Shown in pieces: positions 27,099-38,204 of a stretch of DNA of 64,000 nt. Both the position numbers and the translations under genes were made by a program. The notes below the pieces were generated by a model that made no database searches, had not been told where the DNA came from, and worked only from the letters and a program-made list of their open reading frames with translations. Every line of letters begins with the position of its first letter. Position 1 is the first letter of the stretch. The stretch is from Yuukianura sp. NJ FZ-2021 (taxonomy: Eukaryota). The stretch spans positions 9,114,001 to 9,178,000 of the forward strand of contig CM102290.1 in the NCBI GenBank assembly GCA_046563655.1. Reading direction: 5' to 3'.

Positions 27099-30000
27099 TG
27101 TGCCGGATGAAGTCGACGGCAGCAACAACTTCAATGAACGTCACTCAGCACTCAATACAGGGAGGAGTACTTGGGGTTTTGGTTGTGAGTCACGTGTGAT
27201 AAACTTCGTCGGGACCTGTCATCCCATTGTGGGGCCCAAGTAACACTGGGGCTACTCATACTCTAAACGTAGGGATGCTGGATTGTTGGTACCAGGCTTA
27301 GTTGGAGGTCGAGACGCTGTCCTTAAGTGGGCTGCACTGTTGAAGGCACGACGGAATGTTCAAAAGTAAGCAAGAGGACATCCTCACGTGTCTGCTTCTG
27401 CTGGGAACTGGAGAGTCCTAACTTTCTCTTTGCTGGGCTCGGAGTAATGAGGAAGGGGAAGTTCGGCAGTACGGAGTCGCTGGTTCCGATTTCGGGGAGA
27501 AAGTCTACTTCGCCTGCCTGGAAGAACCATAGACATCGCCTCGATTTTCCCAGAACCCTAAAGAGCCTTGTCCCTCTCCCACCACGAGTCCATGATCTTC
27601 CCACCAAAAGAAGTGGGTCCGTCTGCTGTGCTCAGGCACAGATCGATATCAGCTCCTCTTTCACCGGAAGAAATCGCCGCCGAAGTTCCACGGAGACTCC
27701 CAGAACTTCCCTCTCTCTCACGCATCTCAACAAGAAAGGAAAAACTCACGTTCAAACTTCACTTTCACTTTGCAGTAACCCGACACTCGTGGATGGCAGC
27801 TTATGAACCTTGATTTGTACAGAGTTATGGTTTAGGTTAAAGTATGGACGGTGACTGTTGGCCATGCGTAGTTTATTTTAGGTCTAAAAAGATTAGGTCT
27901 ACGTCTAAAAAAGTATGCTGTCCACAAGCGACTCGTCGTAATGATCCTGGTGCATCAGTAGCCGTCCATAAAAATCTTTAGAATCCTGTTTCCTGTCACT
28001 TTTTTGTAGGTACGCCAACACGAGTCTACTTCAACCTCCGTCCAGTCCAGGCAGACCAACAGTTACCTCGAGGGATCATATAGGCACAACAGGCACCATT
28101 GAACGTGTAGCAGCGATTCTTTAGTCCCACTCCCAGGACTCATCTTCTTGATTAAATTCATTGTCTAAATTAAACATTGCAAAAGACGGGACATTTTGTG
28201 CCGAGTTGTAAAGGAAGACGTACAATAAGATTTCAGTCACACTTGACGACTTTTTGTGTAATTTATCCTCATGCATTTCCTGGAAATGGTGCAACATACA
28301 ACGAACCTCCACCAAATTTTATTCATACGACCATAAAAGAAGCCTGCTTTCACTTCTGATGCTTCTGAGTGGATTACTTTTAAGTAAACCAACACATTTT
28401 ATTAACTCTTATTTTCTCCTAATTTTTGATTTCACTTAATTAACAGCATTTGGCAGCTGCTGTATAATACATGGGCAAACCAAAATTTTTGACGAAGCTG
28501 GCAAACGTACAATTGTTCTATAAAAGCACATGTAAATTTTTAAACACTTTTTCTGTTCCATTTTTAATTACTTGTGGTCCTAGTCTTTAATGTAGACCAA
28601 ATGAAATTTTGATAGGAGCTAACACAATGCGGAAGCCGTTTATGATTTCAGCTCTTAGACCATCACCAACTTCAAAGTTTCAGCCCCAGAAACGCCAATT
28701 GAGCTGATGCTCTTTGAAGTGAAGGGTTGTCAATTTCCTGCTGAAATCAATTTGAGGTTTTGGTTGGACTCTGGAGTCAAGTTTCCACAACCCATGCCCA
28801 CTTTCTCAGAGATTCGGAGTCTAACAATGGGCTGGTTCTGCAGAAGATCGGGGTCAATGAACTTTCAAGTCCGTATCGCCTATGGAAACTAAGAAGATTC
28901 CAATTCTAAAGGACACGTCGTTTCCAGAGCTAATAAAGCCAAATACTTCCTCATTCTTACCTTATTATCCTCCTCGCAATTTAGGAGGGAGAAAGTCTTC
29001 TCGGACGAAAGTGGCTTCTACTGTTTCCTACTTAACAGGTTACTAAAAAGTACGACTGGCGCTCTACATTCATCATTCCCGAAAGAAGAAACATAAAAGC
29101 AAACATTGAATGTTCACACACCTTTAGTGAAACATTGTTTTTAAAACAATTCAATCACTTCAAGTAACTTAGGTTAGTCTCTGTTCTGTGTACATTTAGC
29201 GAATGGGAACATGTCACTTGGGACAACAATCCACCACTCTTGTCAATTTTCTCCTTTATTTATTCTTTGCAAAAGTGAAAGCAACTTTTGATTTTTTTTG
29301 TAGTAGTATTCAAGTTGGTTGTGTTTGCAAAAACTCATACGCGTAATTAAAAAACAAAAACGTTTATTTTGAATCGAGTCCGTGGCTAGAACAATTGAAA
29401 GTTCATGAAAATTTTCCGTTTAATTTAAAAACATACGTAGCGAAAAATTTTACACAATATTCTACGTATGGTAGTAGTTCATAGAACACTTTTGTGATTT
29501 GTCATCATTTGACATTTAAATACACAACATTTTTTGTTTCAAAATGGTAATTCCTCAAAGGAAATTTATCTACTTGTTTCATCATCTTAGCTTATTTTTC
29601 CCATTCAATAGTTTATGCCTAGCGTATCAGTCACTTATAATCCTGTTAACCGTGTTTACTCCTTCAGAAATTAATTCTTGGAAGCATTAAAGGTTCTGTA
29701 AAGAGCACGTTCATTAAACCTGAATTTGACACCCGCTTTCCCAAATTTCACAACTTTAAGTTCTATCGGCAAGGATCTTTCTCCTTACTTTTGATAGCTT
29801 CCCAAGACTTTTGTTCAAAGTTGAATTTGACATAAAGTATAGTTGTGGCACAAAGCGGATTCGTTCGTGGGAATTTTTTATGGCTCCCCTTTGTTGTCCA
29901 GCGGTTTCCAGAATGTATGCTGCTCCTTTGACACTCCAGTCACAAAAGTCGGAATCCAACCAGAAGCTCTCGGGCTCTCTTGGGCCGTTAGTGAAAGCGA

Positions 30001-30842
30001 GTCTGGCTAAACTTTTTCCTTTCCTGCCAACATTATTCTGCTTTAGTAGTTCCCTGAATCATCCCTTGGAATCAGCCTCTATAAATATTGGGAATTGAAA
30101 AGGAACCATTTTCTGTCCGAATACTTGGAATGATGAGATGAAGTGCTACGCCAACGCGCGAGAATATTTTGAATATCCTGAGGCAACTTATGTCTACCGT
30201 TCTCCTGGAAGTTCGCAAGGACTTGGAATTGTAGCAATGGAACCCTTAGGTACAGATCCCTGTTCACGGGTTTCTTGCTGCAGCAATTCCATTTATTCAT
30301 TAGCTCTCAACCTGCGAACCCACCGTAGACTTTACTGCTATGGCTCCTTTCATGGGAATCTCCTAGGTGCTAGGTGGCATAAATTTTATTGATTCCCGTT
30401 TCTGGAATATGAAGAAAGGAATAAGGGAAGAGTGGTGCGGTAGACACTGTTGCTTATATAGAGGAACACACTACACCAAAATTCGCAAACACTACGCAAC
30501 TGCGCTGCTTTCACTTTCGTCGTGCAGTTTTTTTTCGGCTGCTAAAGAGGTTCCATCTCTGCCAAAATGGACAACTTTTAGTCCACGACCTGGATTCGCA
30601 GGAAAAGAGAGCGTTCTCCTAGGCAACAGGAGAAAGCAAAAGGTTTTTAGTTTTCTCTTTCATCCTAGTTTCACACCAGCTGGATACGGACACAGAATTT
30701 TCACCTAACAAAAACATTTCGTCAAGCTCAACTAATAAAACAAGTTGTAAGCTAACCTGTCAAAGGTCAAGGACCACTGGGCAGTTTAGCCTATCTTCCA
30801 CGAAGTCTCTGCGTATACTTGGCTGCAGTTGCTTTTAGTCAG

Positions 30843-31990
30843 ATGAACAGTTCGTCCTTGACAACTGCGTCCCCTGGAGGTCTGGCGCAGGCAAAGTTCA
30901 ATGCGGTAGTTCAGCCGCGTGACCACGTACATTCTACTCTTCCAGAAACGTTGCTGATCCTGTTTGCTGCCCTCCTCTTCGGGGCCACACTGTACTTAGT
31001 TTTTCAGTTTTGGATGAAACGGACAAGACAGCGGCGCATTCCGGTGCATAAGTAAGTTGACATGAGAAAAGTATCGGCTACAAACCAAATTAAATGCAAA
31101 TTAAATGGCAAAAGTTCTGGAATTTTAAAAAACTTCTTTACTGTGATTTTGCCTAATCTGGATTTTCTTAAAAACCAGTTTTACTGGCTCAAAACAAAGA
31201 AAGATGAAGTTAAAAGTTAAACTCAAAATAAAACTGGTTTCCATTGAATTTAATATAATTCGTTCTAAAATTTAGAGTCGTTGTTAAATGCTGAACAAGT
31301 TGGCATTAGTGCTACACGTGAAATGATAGTTCAAAATGACACAGAGGCATAATCAAGGGTCATTTGTTCAAATATTTACAGCAGCTCGAACTTCGAAATC
31401 ACCAACTTCAAAACGTGATAACTAACGTTCCTGTCCAGTTCTATGAGATCCTATTGAAAACTAAGCCAAGATGCATAACTCTCATAACGGATGTCGATAG
31501 TCGAAACCAATGAGATTCCATGTTTACTCTATTTTATTCCATGTTTAAAACAAAATTCTGAATCTGTACTTTTTGAAATTGTAGATTAGAAAGCTATCGC
31601 TACTCTCGCCTCAACCAAACAGAACTGGATGTTGACAATAGCCTTGTTTACTGCAGATCAGAAGATGAACCGTCTGAACTAGAGGAAGAATCTCACGTAA
31701 GTCCAACAATTTCTGTATGTTCCCACGGTATCCTTTGATCGAACGTCTGTGACCGAAATCTGGATACGACAACTCCTGTTAAATGTTGTTTTCAGAGTAA
31801 TCCAGCAACTCTCCATGTGGAAACGGACTCATTAATTAACATATCAAATTGTACAATGACGACCAATGACCGTGGTGGAAGTGAGGTGGATCTGCTGGGT
31901 CCACTGTCGCAAAATGGCTCTAGCACCACCAAACTTTTGACACTGGAAGAGGCGTCAGACGAGGTGCATAAATCAGTACCAACGGTGTAA
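30843..31990 (+). CDS. Uncharacterised 171-aa single-pass membrane protein (3 exons)
   Basis: Exons 30843-31051 (AA|gtaagt), 31585-31696 (gtag|A...CAC|gtaagt) and 31796-31990 (ttcag|AGT...TAA) join in frame with no stops. The product has a TM segment LLILFAALLFGATLYLVFQFW, a basic stop-transfer KRTRQRR, and a tail with YRYSRL and an acidic cluster. AATAAA lies at about 32253. Confidence 0.75.
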
Positions 31991-32904
31991 CAAAACTCAA
32001 AGAAACAGCTTGGATTCTTGAAAGCTCTAATTGAAATTTTTTGGGATTGAATTCTTGCAGGATTTGCTCCAATAGACTCCAAGCATTCAACTTTCGGTAT
32101 TTACATCGTCTTCAACAGAATCAAGTCCAAATTTTACCAATATTTGAGTCTGATACGTTCATGAATATGATGGCATCGTTCGCCTCAAGTACTTTGAGAG
32201 AAAGAGAAATTTTTTCTTAGGTTCTAAGGTCACCTATATTAAACTCGAACTAAATAAATTAACTTTAATAAGAGTTCGCTAAAATGTTTTGAATTTGCTT
32301 GCTGTACAGCTTTTATTGACCATGCTTACAACTTTTATAAATGATGTGTCAACATAAACAACCCATAAACACATCAAACATAATTTTTCTATTCATAAAA
32401 CCTGTTCTTGACGTAATTAAATATTATCTCGTTAGATAGCAATAACAAACATTATTAAGTCGCCCTTGAATATAGGCTAGTCGATTTAAATTAATTACTA
32501 ACCTCAAGGCTAACTAGAATGACATTATGTCATTATCATTAGTGAAACACGATGAAAAAGTTTCTGAATTTTGGTTGTTGAAATGTTCACTCTCCACTCT
32601 TCCATACTTTTTTTTTGAACTAAAAGTTTCCGTGTTCAACTTTTTGTTCTCACGATGTCCGACATAGGAATAAATGTGGAAAGAAAAAAATTGATTGCAT
32701 AACATGGAGGGTAGACCTTGAAATTTGAAAAGTAAGCTGACGACTGGCCCGTCGGAGCAACTTCTACCATTTTGTAGATGACTTGGGTTTTCTTATAACA
32801 ATTTTTCTCCATTCCAAAATAAGCGTAATAGCATAAAACGATGCCCATTCTCAAAAACATCTTCAGTTTCAAGGAAAACGCAATCCAAACAACATCGGTG
32901 CAAC

Positions 32905-34221
32905 ATGGTAAAGTACTTGGCGTTGCTTTTCCTTGGCGTCGTTGTCACTCCAAGTAGCTGTGCTCGTCATTATATTGACCTCACATATGCCTTCAACAAT
33001 GAAACAGTCCTGTTTCCAGGCAGAACATCTAGCTTCAACGTAGAAGCAGAAGGGTTCTCCCCTGACGGATACTGGTAATGCACTTTCGGAAATTTTAAGG
33101 ACGCTGCAGAAACAATTCGTAGTGTTTGTACAAACAAGGATTGCATTTTGGTGTTTGTACAAACAACATTTTCAATTTCAGGATTGCGTCCAGAGGATTC
33201 TGTACTTCGGAGCATACCGGAACGTAAGTATTCGCGGTACAAGCAAAATGTTCGTTCATTGGACCATTCAATTATTTTTTTGTGTGACGAAAGCTCTATT
33301 TATATTGCTTTTAGTCATATCGATGCACCGTATCATTTCCACAAGTATGGCGTGACGTTGGACAAGATTCCACTTGAGGATTTAATTGATGTTCCAGGCG
33401 TGATGATTGACATTTACGACAAAGTGCATAGGTACACTAAAGACGGAAAAAATCTTACCGTCATTGAGAACTACGCCATCACGCGACGGGATATTCTTGA
33501 GTAAGGCATTGTTATGGATTTCAAAATGACAAAATAGGATTAATAGAATTAAAAATACCATAAAACTCTCAATTCTTGGTTCGTTTTTTAGATGGGAGAA
33601 AATCAACGGTCAGATTCCACCAAAATCCGTTGTGTTGGTCAGAACTGGATGGTCAGCAAGATGGCCGAATGCCCATGAATACCAAGGTTTACCACCAACA
33701 GAACGCCCGCCACCTCCAACTACACCGAAACCATACCATTTAAGTACTCTTGACCTCAGCGCACGCGTCAACTATCCTGGTGACGCCTCAATCCATGTTG
33801 TGAACGAAACCTGGAAGGAATCTAACAAAGTCGCAATTAAATTGTTTTTTTTTTATTTTGCCCTCAATAGGATTCGATTCAACTGCTGCCACTTTTCTTG
33901 CTGTTGAAAGAAGTGTTCGAGGCGTTGGAATTGATACGTTGTCAATTGACCCTGGAACGGCTTCAACTTTTCCAGCCCATCAAATTTTTGCTGCTAGAAG
34001 CATTTATATGCTGGAGAACGTTGCCAACCTACATTTAGTACCACCAACAGGATTTCAACTTTTCATGCTACCATTCAAAATTGATCGAGGTAACTTGACA
34101 AATTTCTAAATTCTTGAAGAAAGAAAAAAAAAGAAAAGGTTTCTTCATTTGGAATTATTTCTAATTTGTAGCAACTGGAGCTCCAATCCGAATGCTTGCA
34201 AGCATCAATAATAAATTGTAG
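32905..34221 (+). CDS. Secreted cyclase-family metal-dependent hydrolase (kynurenine formamidase KynB / isatin hydrolase-like), 284 aa
   Basis: Six exons (32905-33074, 33182-33223, 33315-33500, 33592-33779, 33871-34089, 34172-34221; 855 nt). Motifs are IDLT, EHTGTHIDAPYHF (HxGTHxDxPxH), VLVRTGW, GVGIDTLSID, H...LENVANL and TGAPIR. The N-terminus MVKYLALLFLGVVVTPSSCA resembles a signal peptide. Confidence 0.92.
33122..33166. repeat. Two copies of the palindrome tgtttgtacaaaca in cyclase intron 1
   Basis: gtgtttgtacaaacaa occurs at 33122-33137 and 33151-33166. Confidence 0.85.
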
Positions 34222-34600
34222 TTGAAACATTTACGTAAATCATGACTCTATCTAATGTAAGTGTGAGACTTTCTGAATAAATCGTGTCGTACGAATTCCA
34301 CTTATCAAATGGGATTTTGAAAATAAAGTAATTTGAATACTAGAAGTTAAATAATTGTTGGAACTTTGTTCAAAGCACTTGATTTCCAGATTAAAGCTGG
34401 TGGAAAGATGAGCTTCGCGTGGAGAATGTGAATTGTAGTTGCTTATCCTGAAGATTCAACTGCTTATCGTAGATTAGCGGCAGATGAAGGTTGAATTTTA
34501 GACAAACAATTGAAAGCGATGATGCAAATTGATTTGTGGCTATTATTAAAGCATCTAAAAGCGAGTAATTTTCTAACAGTTGAAACATTGCGAGAACAAA

Positions 34601-37600
34601 ATGTTCATCTTGTACAAGTTCCTGCTTGTAATAGTAGTAAGCGTATGCGCTTTAGGTGTGGTGTCTGGAGCTGGAACCGAAGAGGACGCGTTGATTTATT
34701 TAGAAAATCTTGAACAGCCCATTTCGCTTGCTCACAATGCAGAGAAGGTAGCTGCATGGAACTATGTCACAAATGTCACGGATGAAACTCGAGCACTTTG
34801 GGTGAGCAATTGAAGTAAAACAAAATAACAACTTACAGGAATCTGGTTTGTAGGGACAATATTTTGGCAATTTCAGGCGGAAGCAACCCAAGACTTCCTC
34901 AACTATCAGGCTTCAGTTCAATCCGAAATACTGGAAATGTTTCCAAATTGGAAAACTTTCAGTGCGCCAGTCAGACGACAACTCCAGCATCTCAGCATCC
35001 TTGGACCAGCACACATGCCTCAGGAAGACCAAGACTTGGTATTATTCCATTAAACTAACAGGAATTGGAATGGCTTTTAAAACTATATTCCTTTTCGAAT
35101 GTAATTTGGCAAATATTTACTCCAATCATTTTTAGATGAATGCTCTAAAATCGGAGCTAGACGCAGCCTATTCATCCACAACAATTTGTGAATACAACAA
35201 TCCAGAAAATTGCGACTTGGGACTTGGAGGTCATTAAAACCTTTAAATATTTTTTCAGACTGTTATGTACAAATTCCTTTATCACTAAAAATTTCGAAAA
35301 ACTAATTGTAGATCTTGATGGACTCTTGACAACCATTGAGGATTATGATGAACTGGAGTATTATTGGACAAGTTGGCATGATGCAATCTCAGCCAACGTC
35401 AATTCCAGCACTTACAAAGAATACATGTACTACCAAAATCTCATGGCTCGACACAATGGTATCTGGAAACATTTTGAAAAAAGCTATTGCAAATTTCAAA
35501 GACGCAATGTTCCTTCAGAACGAAAAGTTGATTGTCTTTAATAGGTTGAGTACTACTACCTCACTTGTTAATAACAAAAAAATGAAACAAAAACTCAAAT
35601 TGGTACCAATCCGAAAAATTGTTACAATTCGTATGCAAAATTTATAAAGTTCAGCTGTATTGTTGTGATTACGATGCCCTAACCTGAAAAAAAACACATT
35701 TTTTTTTACAAAACCGAAAACAATTACCCAACCTGTTAAAGAAAATCAATGTCAACAAACCTTGGCAAAGACGCATAGAGATTTTCTTGAATCAGAGTCA
35801 TGCAATTGGATCTCTCTGGAAATTTCAGGGTTCAGTGACATGTCGGAAATGTGGTTGACCGAATTTAATCCAACGGAGTCGCCCAACTGGAGCTCCCGGG
35901 AATTCAAGGACGACATGATCCAGTTATGGGAACAACTCCAGTCCCACTATAACATCTTACATGCGTACCTACGAATGAAACTCCGCCAAAACCCACTGTA
36001 CACCGACAAAATTGAGCCAACGGGCACTATACCAGGCAACTTGCTTCAGGGCTACGGAGTATCCAAAAGTGACTGGACTCACCTCTATGCTGCCACTAAA
36101 CCATTCCCCGACGTTCTCTCCATCATGGAGTCCGGAACTCAAATTCTGATTGACGCCGTAAGTTATTCCAATTCTGTTGACAAAAAAGTAGGAAATCATT
36201 TATGGTTCAAAATTTTGAACAATTAGGGTTACGACGTGACGCAAATTTTTGAAGCGTCGGATGACTTTTTCGCAAGTTTGGGACTTCCGCGCATGACTGA
36301 TTTGTTCTGGAGCAACTCCATGCTTGAAGCTCCTCAAGATGGAAGAGAAGTAGACTGTGTTCCGCCGTTCGAGTGGGATATGGCCCTGGGGCGAGGAAGT
36401 GAAGATTTCCGGTATAACGTTGCTAAATGAAGTAACCAAACGTGTCATGACCTTGACCTTTGACATTTGACAGCATTTTTGTATCTAGGATAAAAGTATG
36501 CGGAGAAGTAAACATGGACTACATGACAATCATCCATCACGAGGTAACGCTTATTTCAAATTTCGAATTTGTTAACGGTCGCTGCAATAACGATTTCTCT
36601 TCCCCTGAAGTTTTTGTTAAACAATTTTTTAGAAAATCTAAAAAAAAGACAACAAATTCAGAAAACTCGGCTAGGTCAACCTTATTGCAAAGACATGTTT
36701 TGTCGTCACGCGAATTTCTGTAATCAAATTCTAATTGGCTTTTCCTCGTTCCTTTTTGTGTAGATGGGACATATGTAAGACGCTTTGGATTTCTTTGTAT
36801 TCATCGATTATTGAAGTTTGGTGTTATATGGTTATGGTTACGTAAATTGTTCGTATAGGGAGTACTTCATGGCTTACACCAATCAAAATTATATTCTTCG
36901 CGACGGCGCCAATCCTGGATTTCACGAAGCCGTGGGCAACACTTTCCAGCTTCCAGTTGCAACACCCAAACACTTCGTATGTCACCTTGGTCTTGACATT
37001 GGATACGAAGTAGACTGTACTGAAGGAGCTCAACCGGAACTCAGACCAGAAGATATCAATTACCTGTATCAGTTAGCGTTGGACAAGGTAAGTACTAAAA
37101 ATTTTAGAATTTAGAATACGTTGTTTAAATATCCAACATTATGATGACGTTTGGTCACATTGTTACCCTAGTTTCCGTTCTATGTGTACACAATTGCTTT
37201 GGAACAATGGCGTTGGAGTGTATTCGAAGAAACTCTGTCAGAAGATGAATACAACAACCAATGGTGGGAATTGAAGAGAAAGTACCAAGGCATCAAGTCA
37301 CCAACGCCACGTCCACAACAAGGCTTCGACGCTGCAACGAGGTACCTTTAATAGATCCAGAAACTATGAAAAGACTAGCAAACTTGTAATTGCAATTGAT
37401 AACCGATATATTTTAGAGTCATTACAACTCCCAACTACATTCGATACTACAACAGCTACATCCTCCAGTTCCAATTCTATGAAACCTTGTGTCAAATTGC
37501 TGGGCAGGGCAATGACCCTCAAACTCTACATCAGTGTGACTTTACCGGAAGCCTTGCTGCTGGACAAAAGTTGTCAGAACTACTGAACAAAGGATTTAGT

Positions 37601-37828
37601 CAACCATGGCCCTTGGTACTGGAAACGATGAGTGGTGTGGACAAAGTATCTGTTGAGCCAGTTCTTGACTTCTTCAAACCACTGTTTGACTACTTGCGTC
37701 AAGAACTAGAAGCGGCAGGAGAACTGCCGTGCTTTGACGGTAAACCAGTTATACAATTACAGTCAATTGCAAATAATAGGTCTAACTTAATTAATTTTGT
37801 CATTGTATTAGAATGGTGCACTGTCTGA
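34601..37828 (+). CDS. Angiotensin-converting enzyme-like peptidase (family M2), single domain, secreted, 640 aa
   Basis: Twelve exons: 34601-34801, 34877-35038, 35136-35229, 35312-35458, 35829-36157, 36227-36411, 36489-36543, 36764-36774, 36859-37087, 37172-37341, 37417-37739, 37812-37828 (1923 nt, in frame). Motifs are a signal peptide, AAWNYVTNVT, LHAYLRMKL, FFASLGL, DFRIKVC, HHEMGH, GANPGFHEAVG, WRW, YIRY and CDFTGS. Confidence 0.92.
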
Positions 37829-38204
37829 CAATCAAAAGTATTTGGAGTGGAACTACAGCTAAGAAACCGAACTTAGACAGGAGACAAAATTTATTAATAG
37901 CCACCAACACCATTCAGTTTACAAATGTCTTTCCTTAGAAATAATGACAATTGTACGTCTTAATGCATCTCCAACTTCCTATCTCCAAATATAAATAGTA
38001 TAAATTCAGCCAACATATTGCTTAATTTGCATCAAAAATAATTCAGGAGTCTGCCGAGCATCACTTTGCGCGGAATGGGACTTGTATAATTAATTAGTAG
38101 TCGCCATTTTAAGGCAATTGAGAATGAATTATAATTAAGATAGAAAATCAATTTCATGTAAACCAGTCGTTTTCTAAATCCCATTGGCGCCTCATGTCGT
38201 CCTT

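Noticed and set aside
28290..28335. KFGGGS peptide on the minus strand resembling the Tc1 transposase KHGGGS motif
   Set aside because: The flanking sequence has stops and no DDE motifs or TIRs, and the match is too short to support.
30819..31055. Stand-alone 70-78 aa micropeptide
   Set aside because: Its stop codon lies inside a consensus splice donor, and two downstream exons continue the frame. It is better explained as exon 1 of a 171-aa gene.
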